Below are positions 1-11,796 of a stretch of 33,376 nt of DNA, one piece after another. Source of the stretch: Chrysochromulina tobinii (Eukaryota); NCBI GenBank assembly GCA_001275005.1, contig JWZX01003200.1, forward strand, positions 1 to 33,376. Direction: 5' to 3'. Within the stretch, counting starts at the first letter, position 1; each line of letters begins with the position of its first letter. Position numbers and translations under genes: made by a program. A model generated the notes under the pieces. The model was not told the origin of the DNA. It was given only the letters and a program-made list of their open reading frames with translations, and searched no databases.

Positions 1-53
1 CGCAGCCCCAGCGCCTTGCGGATGGCTTCAACCTTGGCGAGGAATTGAGACAT
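1..53 (-). CDS. 5' end of a gene running off the window (MSQFLAKVEAIRKALGL...)
   Basis: ATG at 53 followed by an open frame with GC3-rich codons and an amphipathic helix. It is divergent from the giant gene. Only 17 codons are visible. Confidence 0.5.
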   Translation of the reverse strand, partial: MSQFLAKVEAIRKALGL

Positions 54-577
54 CGCAGACTGTCGCGATTGCGAGCGAGCGCGCGCGCTCGGCCCTGTAA
101 GTTTGCGACAAGTTCAGCTCAGGAATCGAAACTGTAGTGAAAGGGTAGCTTCCCCACCTCCCCATTTAACCCCTCCAATGTACATGTACTGGTGTACGCA
201 ACTGTACGAAAACGCTTAGAAACACATGGACATATGTAAGAAAACGCCCAAAACGATCGGCACCTGGTCGGCCGGCCCGCTATAAGGCCCGCTAAGAAAC
301 CAGCCCATGATGTGCCAAAGGCGCTAAGAAACTACGGCAAGCCTAAAATCCCTGTTTTCTTAATGGGGGGGGAAGACTGTACAGAGGGAGCTACCAACGA
401 AAGAACAAAAGAATTAAGTGGCAGGGTCACGCAAGGCAAGGCAAGGCAGAGCCTTTATTAGGCTTCCTGCCATAGGTTGTCTGTTGTTGACAATCCAGGA
501 TCGGGCACTTGCCACTGTTAACTTTCACATTCACACATGTGAACTTCTACGGAACTTCCGACCAAAAATCCTGGCCC

Positions 578-3500
578 ATGCGCCGTGTGCCGGTCGAGCG
601 GGCGGCGGCGGCGCGCGGCGACGGCACGCCGTCGACGCTTCGATCATCGCCTTCCAAGGCGGCCGGCGCACGATCGAGAACGGGAAAGAAGAAGAAGAAG
701 GCTTCCGGCTCTCCTTTGGCGGGTACTGCCGAGGAGGAGGACGAGGAGGAGGAGGAGGAGGAGGTGCGGGCGACCACACGTACGTCCCTCGCCACCGCAA
801 ACGCATGCGCGCAGCTCGTGGCTACCGCAGCAACGGTGGAGACCGCAGCAAGATTGCAGAAACTGCTGCACGGCGACCTTGCCGAGCAAGCGATCGCCGC
901 GCTGCTTGCGATTCCAAGTGCAATTGCAGGCCTGCTCGAAGCTGCGTCGAGCTCCAGCACGTCTACCGAGGCGCGAGTGCGGCTGCTTGGTTCCATTGCT
1001 GCCTGTCGTGGGCCCGGACCTTTCAAGGAGCTGGATCCGGAGGCGGAGCGCGAGGCGGTCACCGCTTGTCTCTCGATCCTAGCGGAACCGGACGCGTCCG
1101 TGGAGCTGCAGGCGTCGACTCGACGGCTACTACGCACGGCACAGCTAGAACCGCTTCGAGAAGCGTGCGTTGCAGCCCCCACCCTCCCCCAAAGACTGCA
1201 CGCCACCCTGCGCTTCAGCCGCACCCGCTGTGCGACCACCTACTCACAGTGCCGCTCTCCATTCGCCCAATTCGCAGGCTTGCGCTGCAGTGCAAGTTGC
1301 TTCAGGATGAAGCTGCCGCCGCTGCTGCGGCACGCACATTGGCCCGCGTGGCGGGGTTTCGCGAGCCGCCGCCATCGACGTTTGGCGCCCCCACCAGCTT
1401 CGGCTCAAACCAGGTGGCGCTTCTCGACGAGGTGCCCGGCGCTCTAGCGATCCTGGTGGCCGCGCTAGACAAAGCGAGTGCGTCATGTGCGGACGACCTC
1501 GGGCTCATCATCGCCGGCATTGCCGAAGCTCGCGGTGCGGGCTACCGGCTGCTCCTCGAGGCAGGCGCCGTGCCTTCGCTCTTGCGCCACCTGCCGCACA
1601 ATGCGTCCATGGGCGTAGCGCTCGCCATTGAATGCATCGCAGCGCACGAAAACGGTCAGGATGCGCTTTGTCAATGCAATGCGGTGCCACTGCTGGTGGC
1701 CGCGGCGTCGCAAGCTTCGAGCGCGGCGGCCGCGAGACGCTTTGCGTTCGCATTAGGTTGCTTGGCGGCGCACGCGAGTGCACGGGTGGAGCTCGCAAGC
1801 CTCGAGCATCGTGCCGCCAGCGACGACAAGGCGCTGGAGCTCTATGCCATGGCCGGGTTGACCACTCCTGGCTTCTTTGCAATGAGGGGGAGCGTGATGC
1901 AGCTGCTGCAATCGCTGTCGGCGCGTTCGCTGTCTCAAGGCGCGCTCTTGCTCATACGAGCGGTCGCAATCGCAGGTTCTCCAGAGCAAAAGTCTCAACT
2001 GATCACGAGCGGCAGAACATTCGAGATGCTCATCCAAAGCGTCGAGGTTGATGTGACTGGGTGGGCATGGTGTGCCCTCTCGCAGCTCGTCAGCTCAGAT
2101 CAGGGCCGCAAGCGCGCGCTCCAGCTCGAGCTGCCGCGCCGATTGCCCGCGGCGCTCTCGAGCAACTTCAAGGTGGCGTACCAAGCGCTAGTGGTCATTG
2201 ATCGGCTCTCAGTCAAAGCGACCAAAGCTGCCGCAGCGGTGCTGGCCACTGATGGAGTGATCTCCGAGCTAACCCGGCTGATTGCTGCGAGCGGGGAGGA
2301 CTATGAGGCACGATTCATGGCCAACGCAGCGGCGAACACGATCAAGAATGTGGTCGAGAGCGCGCCAGTGTCGTACGAACTGACGCCGCTCTCCGAGTGG
2401 AGCCTCGCTATGCAGGCGGCGAGCGTGCTCCAGCGCGCAGCGGTCGAGGCGCTCGAGCCGACGCTGAAGCTGCTGTCTCTGCCTGAAGTTGCGGATGCGA
2501 GTACAGATCATTTGGCTTCCCTCGCGTCCGTGCTTGCGAAGGGCGCTCACGGCTGCAGCTTGGCGCGCATCGCGCTCGGAAACGTGCTGCAGACGGACGT
2601 CACGGTAAAGAGCTCTCGGCTGCAGGACGCCTTGCTGCTACGAAACCGTCTGCTATCGGCATGCTACGACAACGGGGTGTGGGAGCCGACGCGCGACTTG
2701 GGTGTCGAGCTCATGGCAGTGCTAGAGCATGGGCTACGCGAGCCGGAGAGGTGCAGCGCGGCGCTCATTGTGCTTCACAGCTTACCCGACTTTGAGAGTA
2801 CAGTTGCGCCTGCCCTGATCAGCAAAGGCTCGGCCGTGCGTGAGCTTGTGGCACTGCTTGACCCCACCAGTCTAGATATTGCGCACTTTGCCCTCCGTGT
2901 GCTCTGTGTGGTGGCGAAGCTGCCAGGAGGGTACACAGCACTCGCAGATGCCGGTGCTCTCCAAGCGGCGGTGCAGCTCCTGCGCGAGAGGTTAAGGTCG
3001 AGCTGGTATTGCGCGGAATTGCTGAGCGCCGTCCTGAGCGCGGCGGACAGCGCGGGCGGCGACGAGCGGCGGCGCGTCGCCGATGCGGTCGTCGCCCTTG
3101 GCGCGGTGCCGATGCTCCAGGCGCAGGTCATGAACGACCCGCTCCTCCGACGCTCGACCACCGCCAGCTGCTGCACGCTGCTCACGCATCTCGCGCGGAC
3201 CGACGCGGGGGCGAAGGCGCTCAAGGCGCTGATCGACGCGCGCGCCGTGTGCGCGGTGCGCATGGTGGTGGCGACGAGCCACGCGCGAGCGGCGGCGATG
3301 AGGAAGGGCGGGCTGATGACCGCGGTGCGCCCTTGGCTCAAGGCGCTCCACAGCATGGCGCCAGCAGAGCGCGAGGCGACGCTGGGGCTGGTGAGTGACT
3401 TTGCCGCGGCGCGCGACGTGTCGACGGAGACGCACGTGCTGCCTCTGGTGCCGCTGATCGTGCCGATGGTGCAGTCGGTGATCAGTGGCGGCGTGTCAGC

Positions 3501-6500
3501 GCGCGACGCGTCGGCCGTCGCGGCTGTGAAGCTGCTGGTGTCGCTGAGCACCGAGCAGGCGGGGCTGCGGGCGGTGCACGGCGCGGGCGTGCTGCCGCTG
3601 CTGCTGCCGCTGATGCGCGCGGGGTCGGCGGCGGGCGAGGGCGCGTACATGAGCGAGGGGGGTGCGCTGCTGAAGCGCGCGCTGGCCGACGCGGAGGCGC
3701 GTCCGGCGGGCGTGCGTGTGGTGGAGGCGGTGGTGGGGATGCTGCCGGCGGCGGAGGGCGCAGGCTTTGATCCCTTTGACGCCGCGGAGGCGCGGTTCGC
3801 CTCGGAGCTGCTCATCACGTTTGTTTCTCATCAAGCCGTTGCAATGTGCGAGGCAGGCGTCTTGCCGCGGCTCGCCAAGGCTGCGAGTGAGGACGCATTC
3901 GTTGCGCCACGAAGGCTGTCGCAGCTTGCGGTGGAGATGCTCGCATCCCTCCTCCAACAGCGCCCGACGAGCAACGAGCTGACTCCCAGCATCACGCGGC
4001 TCCTCGTGCGCTCCGCGGACGGCGCCACAGCGCCTCATGCCGCACGTGTGGCCCTTCTTAAGGATGCATTGCCCGCATTGAGCAAGGAGGTCCGTCGGAA
4101 CATGGCGGAGGCGTGCATTGGCGTGCTGGGGCTGCGGAATGCGCCCGACGAGCTGCAGGAAGCGGCGGCACGGCGGCTGCTCGACGAGCCTGATCGCACA
4201 CTGCGTGCCGACGTATTGCCTCGCTGGTGTGCAGCGTTGCAGGCGGAGGATGCCGATGCTTCGAGCCGCACCGCGCGCGTGCTCGCGCGCGTAGAGGCCG
4301 CTGAGGTCGATGCCGTGCCGAGCGCGCTCCAATGCGTGATTACGGCGCTCGCCGAGGCCGCCCCTGCCGTAGCGAGCGACCTCGCATCCGTCGTGCATGC
4401 AATCGCGGGAGCTCGATCGCAAGCAGGCTATAGACTGCTGCTCGATGGCGGCGCAGTGCAGGCTCTTCTCCGGCAGCTGCCGCACGAGGACTCGTCCGTC
4501 AAGGTCGCCGAGGCGCTCGCGAAGCTCGCGCAAACCGACGACGGCCAGGACGAGCTGATCAGGGCGAAGGCGGCTCCACAGCTGCTAGCAGCGGCGCTCG
4601 AGGCTGCCGAGGATGCGGCCGCCGCCGACGCGATCCGTGCGCTCGCCCACCTTGCAGTGCACGCCGACGGGCGTGCGCAGCTGTCGAAGCTCGCGGAGCT
4701 TGCGCTGAAGGGGGAGCGCGCCCTGCGGCTCCTCGCCATTGCGATCGCGACGTCGAGCGTGTGCGCTCGTGCCGTGGCGGAGCCGGCGATGCGGATGATC
4801 GAGCCGGCGCTCGCGTCGCGTCGGCCACCGTCGACGGCCATGCTGAAGTTGCTTCACTCGGTCGTTACCTCTGGCGAGCTCAAGCAGGGCGAACAGATGG
4901 CAAACGACGCCGGAACGGAGGCCATCACATCCGCCATCGAGGGGGAGGATCCGTACGGGATCGCATTGCACTACTTGGTGGATCTCATAGCCAAGGTTGA
5001 CGAGGTCCGGTCGAAAGTGCTGCGGCTCAACCTGCTGGAGCGCATCCTGCTCCGCACCCTTGACGCAGACTCTCGACCTCAACGATACCAAGCAATCAAC
5101 TTGGTCATGGTCTTGAGCCGCTCCGAAGACGGCGCCGCCGCTGTGGTGCGCGTCGAGGGTGTCGTGGCGCGGCTTGCGCGCCTCGCCACAGATCAGCGCG
5201 ATTCTGGCCAAGCGTCCCATGCCGACGAGCAGCTGGCCACGCTGCTCAGCAAGCTCGCCGATGCAGCTACGGCGCAGGCCGCGCGCAACGTGGCGGCAGA
5301 CGAGCGCTTTGAGCCGCTGCTCCGCCTCAAGCCCGAGAGCAAGGCACTCGTGGCGCTGGTGCGCAGCGACAAGGGCCGTGCTCGAGCCCGCCGGGCGCTC
5401 GCGCACGTGCTCGCAACGAACGTGGGCCGCGAGGCCGAGTGCAAGCTGCTCTTTGGGCTTCTGAAGCCGTGCTACGAGGAATTCCGCTCCGAGTCCGAGG
5501 ACGTGGGCAAGCGGCTGGTCTACCTGGTGCAGCGCGATGGGGTCGAGCCCATCGACCGCGTGCGGCTACTGGATCACATCATCAATCACCCAGATGCGGC
5601 CAAGCTCAAGCAGCAGCTGGTGGCTGCGAAGACATTCCTTCCCGCCCTGGTCAAGGATTTGGACGAGGACAACGTGGAGACGGTCTCGACGGCCCTTCTT
5701 TGGTTGAACGCCTTCCCTGGCGTGGCCGGGGCGATTGTACCCTTGCTGGCCGCGCAAGTCGTCCATCGGACCATGGCCACCTTCCAAAAGCCAGGGCGCG
5801 ATCGGCAGTGCGACGATGCCGCGACTCAACTGCTTGAATCGCTACTCGGCACTGCCAACCGCGAGTCGAGCCAGACATACCGCTCGGTTGTGGAAGGGAT
5901 CCTCAGCCACGCTGCACGCCCATTGCTCGTCGAGGAGCTTCCGCGGCGGGACGCGAGCCGTCGGCTCGTTCGCGCCCTCGTGCAAAAGATCGAGCGTGGC
6001 GCGAGCGCCGATTTCCGAACGGTCGCCTCAGCCTTTTGTGAGAGCGCCGGGTTCCGGCAGCTGGTGGCCGAGTTGGCGAAGGGATCGCACGCCTCGTGCG
6101 CAATCACCGCTGACGACAAGAGCGGACGGGTGGCAGTCGACGTTGCTGCAGCCTCGCTGAGCGAGATCCTGAGCGCGGCGGACAGCGCGGGCGGCGACGA
6201 GCGGCGGCGCGTCGCCGATGCGGTCGTCGCCCTTGGCGCGGTGCCGATGCTCCAGGCGCAGGTCATGGACGACCCGCTCCTCCGACGCTCGACCACCGCC
6301 AGCTGCTGCACGCTGCTCACGCATCTCGCGCGGACCGACGCGGGGGCGAAGGCGCTCAAGGCGCTGATCGACGCGCGCGCCGTGTGCGCGGTGCGCATGG
6401 TGGTGGCGACGAGCCACGCGCGAGCGGCGGCGATGAGGAAGGGCGGGCTGATGACCGCGGTGCGCCCTTGGCTCAAGGCGCTCCACAGCATGGCGCCAGC

Positions 6501-9500
6501 AGAGCGCGAGGCGACGCTGGGGCTGGTGAGTGACTTTGCCGCGGCGCGCGACGTGTCGACGGAGACGCACGTGCTGCCTCTGGTGCCGCTGATCGTGCCG
6601 ATGGTGCAGTCGGTGATCAGTGGCGGCGTGTCAGCGCGCGACGCGTCGGCCGTCGCGGCTGTGAAGCTGCTGGTGTCGCTGAGCACCGAGCAGGCGGGGC
6701 TGCGGGCGGTGCACGGCGCGGGCGTGCTGCCGCTGCTGCTGCCGCTGATGCGCGCGGGGTCGGCGGCGGGCGAGGGCGCGTACATGAGCGAGGGGGGTGC
6801 GCTGCTGAAGCGCGCGCTGGCCGACGCGGAGGCGCATCCGGCGGGCGTGCGTGTGGCGGAGGCGGTGGTGGGGATGCTGCCGGCAGTGGAGGGCGCAGGC
6901 TTTGATCCTTTTGACGCCGCGGAGGCGCGGTTCGCGTTGCGCGTGCTTGAGCCGATCGTCCCCGTTCAAGCTAGTGATGCGGCTTCCGCTATGCCATCGC
7001 TGGTGGCAGTTCGTGAAGCGGGTGGCATCGCGCGCACATTGGCGGCGATGCGTGGTGACGAGTGGGCGCTGACGCGCTCGCTGGTCGCTTCGGCAGCATC
7101 GCGTGTTTCCGGTCTGCTCAACGACCCGGATGGCTTGGCGGTCGCGCACGACCTCGGCGCGCTCCGAACACTAGTCAACGCCCTCGAGCAGTGCCCCGAT
7201 GTGAGAATTTTTGACTTCCTCAGGCCGCTCCAGAGCTTTGTCCTCGCACCCGTTCACGCCTACCGTGACGCAATCCTCGACGCCGGCCTCCTGCCCCGCC
7301 TGGCCGGCTTTCTCAAGCCGGGGCCGTCGCACCCCGGCTTCCGCATCTCGAGTACCATGGTGCAGCTCCTCGCCAGCTACGGCGCGCCCGCCCACCGTGA
7401 GGCCGTCCGCTCGAGCGACGCGCTCGCTGCCATCCTCCACTGGCGCGCGAGCGGCCGTCTGGCCTCGAATGATACTACTACCACGATATCGCGTAGTACC
7501 ATGGTGTCGCGATCCTCGAACTTGGTCGGCTGGTTCGCCAAATGCCCGGCGGCGCACTCCATCCTGCGCCGCGCCATCGAAGAGCTGGGCGAAGACGCAG
7601 GAGGAAAGGACGAGGCCGCGCTCAAGCTGCTTACGTATGCGAGCGCCATGCCCGAGGGGGCGGCGGTCACCGTGGACGAGGGCGTCGTGCCCGCACTCAT
7701 CAAGCTGCTCGAGTCGGGCGCACGGAGCGCCCGACACGCCGAGGCGGCGCAATGCCTGCAAGTGCTCACGCGCATGCTACCGAAGCGCACAGCTCCTGCT
7801 GCGCCGGTGTGCAGGATGAAGGCCAGAGAGGCGCTCGACAAGCGCGAAGCGAGTGCGCTTGGTTACTGCTGTGCGCGTTCGCTTGGTTGCTTGGCCGAGA
7901 CCGCCTCCAAGGCTCGCTCCGCGATCCGCATTCTCGTCGCGCGCATTTTCGAAGAGGCCGACGGCGGTCGCGAGATCACCGCGATCTTGACGCTGAATCT
8001 GCTCGCTGTCGCGTGCGAGTCACCTGACGGCGCGCGTGTCGCATTCAAGGCGGGCGTGGTTGCCGAGGCGGTGCAAGCGCTGAGCGGCGCACGCGACACC
8101 CAATTGCGTGCGAGTGCCCTGAAAACCCTAACGTCGGTGGCTGAGAACAGCGAGGCGGCGAGAGCATCCATGCGCGACGGCAACCTCATTGACACCCTCG
8201 TGCGGCTCCTCCACCGCTCGTGGGCCGTTCCCTCCGCAGTGGATGCGGTCGTCATGGCCGGCAAGTCCAGCGCTGAGTCCAGCCATGTCGCTGCCAATGC
8301 CACGCCGCGATCAGCTTTCAAGTACAGCGCCTACCTTTCGCACGACAGCGCCCGCGACGAGCTCAAGCGTGACAATGTGGAACGTGTCGGGGCCGTCAAG
8401 GCAGCCCTCGCCAAGGCGGGCCTGGTGCCGTGCCTCGTCGATGCGGAGCGAGACGCCAACGACGTGATCCGGCAGATGGAGGAAGGCATCGCGCAGTCGG
8501 CGTGCGTGATCGTCTTCCTGACCGAGTCGTACATGAAAAAGGCCGCCGGGCTGGGCAGCAAGGGCGACGACGACAATGCGCGCTTCGAGTTCAGCCAGGC
8601 GTGCAGCCCGTCTAAAGGGGTCGCCAAGATCATCCCGGTGGTCATGGAGCCGCAGTGCCTCGCGCAGACGTCGTGGCAGCCACTCTTCCTTGGCAAGCTG
8701 GGAGGCAAGGAGTTTATTGACCTGGCCCGCGACAATGATGAAGCCAGCGGCGAGAAGCACTTTGATGACGGCGTGAGTAGCTTGATCTCGTCGATCAAGG
8801 CGATGCCTGGCAGCCTCGTCGGGGGGGGGGCGGCAACGGCGGCGCAGGTGGGATCATCGTCCACGGTCAATGAAGCACCCGCGGACGCGGCCGACGACAT
8901 GGACCGCGACATCGAGGTGGGCAAGTTGGCGCTGGCGCTCTTGCACACGCTCTCGCGGGGTGACGTGCTGCGGCAAGCCATTCAGGCCGCCAAGCCGCTC
9001 GACGCGCTGCAGTACATCATCGAGCACGATGCGGCACAGCGCGCCGACGCGCTGCTCATCGTGAGCAACGTCTACTCCGAGGTGCTGAGCCAGTCGGTGG
9101 GTAAGGGCCACGGCGCGGCCATGGTGCAGCATGAGCGCGTGCGCCGCCTGCTACACGACAGTCGCATCGAGGACGAGCTCGCACCCCGCCTCGTTGAGGG
9201 CGTTCGGATCCTCGTGAGTAGCAGAATTGTCTTTGAGATTGTCGTAGATGGCAGTGGCCCGTCCTACGCGCGCATCGCCGCGACCGCCGTGCGCAATTTG
9301 GCGGCCGAGTCGGTGCTGCGCCAGCGCCTCGTGCACAAGGGCGTGGGCAACAGCCTCGCGCGTATGCTCATCGAGGGGCCGCTGGCCCCGCACCCCACGT
9401 CGGACGCCGACCTCGTCCTGGCCGCTGAGGCTCTGCAGCGCTGCGCGCTCGCCATCACGGGCGCAGCAGAAGAGACGGATCGCATTCGGAAGCGGCTCGT

Positions 9501-11796
9501 CGCGGACGGAGCCGAGGACGCGCTCACCTCCGCCGCCGAGCTGCACGAGAACGAGGATGCCGATACGGAGAGCGTCCAGCGGCGTCGGCAGGCGGCCAAA
9601 TACGCCCTCGACGCGCTCCAAGGCAAGCTGGACGTGCAGACTCTCCCTGGCACAGGACACGCCCAGCGCACGCTCAAGCGGCAGCTCTCGACCCTGGGCA
9701 CCGACTACAGCAAGTGGGACGACCACCAGCTCCTCAGCATCCCGCGCTACAACACGTTCATCTCGCACAAGCGCTCTTCGGCGCAGGACTTCGCTCGAGG
9801 TCTGCATTCGCTCATCGTGCATCACGGCCACTCGTGCTTCATCGACGTAGAGAACCTCGAGTCACTCAGCGACCTGCCGATGGTGGTCGCGGGCTGCGAC
9901 GTGTTCATTCTGGTAAGCTGTGCTGCCGCATGCGTGCGATGGGATCTGATCGGCTCCCTACCTCAAATGCATGTCCACTCACGCGGTTCGTTTTCCCATG
10001 CACGCGCGTACCCGCGCCGCGCAGGTCCTGAGCGACGGCGTCTTCGAGTCCGAGTTCTGCATGCAAGAGCTTGCGAGCGCCGTCAACGCTGGCGTCGAGA
10101 TCGTCCTCATTACCAAGGAAGGCTCGCGCTGGCCCAACCAGAACGGCGACATGGTCGAGGTCTTCCCGCCGCCCGAGCTCATCAAGACGCTTGAGCCGCC
10201 CGAGTGCCGTGACGCGTTCGAGCGCCGCGCTATCACGCACTCGAACGAGTACTACGCCGCCTTCAGCCACAACCTCATGCAGACTGTGGACAAAATGATC
10301 AAGGAGCACCGCCACCAGTACCGCCAGGGGAACAGCCCGCCAGAGGGGCAGGACACCCCCGATCGGCTCGTCTTGACGCAGCGACGGCAGCTGCTCCTGG
10401 CGCGCAGCCAGAGTGCCAATCGCAGGAAGGGCTCCTCCGACACGGCTGCGGTCGCCATCGTAGAGTCCGCCGTCACGTCGCCCGTCAGCCTCGTGGACGC
10501 CAAGCGGCTGGAGGAGGCCATCAACGATCTGGGCGATGACCCGAAGCTCGACCCACGCGTGGTTGCGGCGGCGAAGCAGAAGCTGGAGCACGCCCGCGCG
10601 CAGAGCAAGTACACGCTCGAGGAGAAGCTCGCCGCGGCGCTCGAACGCACGGCATGCGAGTTTCAGTTCTTGCGTGCGAAAGTCCTCCTCGAACGAGACG
10701 ACATGTTCGCTCCCAAGCACAAAAGCGTTCAGGAGGACCCAGAGCTCTACAAGATGCTCTATCTCAAGTCGGCCGAGTGCTGCCAGCACATGTTCCGTGA
10801 GAAGGTCCTCGCCGTGTCGCATCGATGGGACCGGCTAGAAGAGCCTGATCCTTCGGGCGCTCAGATGAAGGCCATCAAGCGCATACTGCGCACCAACCCC
10901 CAATACGAGTACGTGTGGCTGGTACGTCGCAGCGCCCTCTTTGTGCATTCTCCTGCGGCTGGCTCCCAAAAGGCCCATTCCACTCTGACTCAATCAGATC
11001 GCAAATGCATGAGCTGACGACGTCTTCTCGCTTTGGCGTGCTTCTCCCCGGGAATGGGTGCGATCCGCAGGACTACAGTTGCGCACCGCAGGGCGAGCGC
11101 ACGCCGCAGGAGAAAGAGATCTTCAGCCTCACGCTCGAGAACATGGACTTTCTCTTCCTGGGCGCGTCGGTGCTCATCCTGCTCGATATGTCGTACATGT
11201 CGCGCTTTTGGTGAGAGCGAGCCGATTCCCCGCGTCATGCGATCGCGCTCCTCGACTGCTGGCATGGCGCTGAGATGTTCACACGCGTGTTCTGTTGTTA
11301 TTGGCGCAGGACCCAGTTCGAGGCTTGGATGGCGTTCCAGGAGGTCGACTCCAACGGCGTCCTGCGATGCGCTTCGGAGGATAACCGCCGATGCATGATT
11401 GAGTGCATCCACAACGCCAACAAGTACACCAAGCTGCAGCTGATCGAGATGTGGTCCAACAAGACGCCAGAGGAGGCGTACAACATCCTGAAGAGCGAGG
11501 ACGTGTCCGTCACCAACACGAAGGACAAGGAGCTGCAGCTGCCCCGTATCCAGACCTTCAAGGAGAGCGTGCAGAAGACTTGGCGGGCGGCGGTCGAGAA
11601 TGGAGAGATTCTGAGCCCCTCACGAAGGCCGAGATTCAAGTCCGACACCGAGACGGCGCTCGGCGAGCCGGCGAGCCCCTCGGTCAAGGGTGTCTTGGCG
11701 AGTCCCCAGCTCGCACCGTCGCCGTCGTTCTCGACTGTGCGTTTTGAGGCAGACTCATCCACCGAGCAGGGCGTCATGCTCATAAAAAGCGTTTGA
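578..11796 (+). CDS. Giant ARM-repeat protein with two TIR domains and a C-terminal HET-like domain (~3,581 aa; exons 578-1164, 1278-9912, 10025-10921, 11071-11210, 11310-11796)
   Basis: Four GT-AG introns join ORFs 509, 418, 9971, 10915 and 11275 in consistent phase. Splicing restores motifs across junctions (DVFIL|VLSDG, YVWL|DYSC, SRF-W-TQFE). ARM-like GAVxxLxxLL helical repeats run throughout. Exon 1 aligns to the second solenoid copy (TACLSILAEPDASVELQASTRRLL vs EACIGVLGLRNAPDELQEAAARRLL). Confidence 0.85.
1165..1277 (+). other. Intron 1 of giant gene (113 nt, phase 2)
   Basis: GC|GTGCGT...TTCGCAG|G. Removing it switches ORF 509 into the frame of ORF 418 and gives PLREALALQCKLL. Confidence 0.75.
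3032..3800 (+). repeat. 769-bp in-frame intragenic duplication, copy 1
   Basis: Matches 6167-6935 (offset 3135 nt = 1045 codons) with about 6 substitutions counted by eye. Confidence 0.95.
6167..6935 (+). repeat. 769-bp in-frame intragenic duplication, copy 2
   Basis: Matches 3032-3800; same peptide LSAADSAGGDERRR...FDPFDAAEARFA. Confidence 0.95.
8317..8790 (+). other. TIR domain 1 (algal/protist TIR_2-type) within giant protein
   Basis: YSAYLSHDS...DNVERV...MEEGIAQSACVIVFLTESY...DNARFEF...KIIPVVME...FIDL follows the TIR beta/alpha order. Glu codon at 8587-8589. Confidence 0.8.
9748..10290 (+). other. TIR domain 2 (SARM1-like) within giant protein, split by intron 2
   Basis: FISHKRSS...CFIDVENLE...CDVFILVLSDGVFESEFCMQELASA...IVLI...HSNEY. 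Compare SARM1 TIR motifs FISYRR, VFIDVEKLE, FVLVLS, WVHKEI, WSHEY. Glu codon at 10067-10069. Confidence 0.85.
9913..10024 (+). other. Intron 2 of giant gene (112 nt, phase 0)
   Basis: CTG|GTAAGC...CGCGCAG|GTC. Removal restores the TIR beta-C strand VFILVLS. Confidence 0.9.
10922..11070 (+). other. Intron 3 of giant gene (149 nt, phase 0)
   Basis: CTG|GTACGT...CCGCAG|GAC, with an internal CTGAC branch-like motif. Confidence 0.85.
11211..11309 (+). other. Intron 4 of giant gene (99 nt, phase 2)
   Basis: TG|GTGAGA...GGCGCAG|G rebuilds the Trp codon of SRFWTQFE. Confidence 0.85.

Larger units (their letters stand above)
10800..11420 (+). other. HET-like (TIR-related) domain within giant protein, split by introns 3 and 4
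   Basis: LAVSHRW...YVWLDYSCAPQ...LENMDFLFLGASVLILLD...YMSRFWTQFEAW mirrors the fungal HET motifs (A)LSH/YxW, WIDxxCIxQ, MxxIY and RxWTLQE. Confidence 0.65.

Noticed and set aside
431..460. (GCAAG)3 next to TTTATTA (minus strand AATAAA + CCTTG tail), like a retroposon 3' end
   Set aside because: No flanking direct repeat or element body could be delimited.
418..1277. N-terminal ~285 aa of the 3258-aa ORF (GTG start at 418)
   Set aside because: This is an off-frame read of exon 1 and intron 1. The ATG-578 frame gives sensible protein that aligns with the second solenoid copy.
8245..8268. AVVMAGKS matching the Walker A pattern, which would make the giant protein an NLR/STAND ATPase
   Set aside because: It lies in a helix/linker directly before TIR1, with no preceding beta strand, no Walker B and no room for a NACHT or NB-ARC domain.
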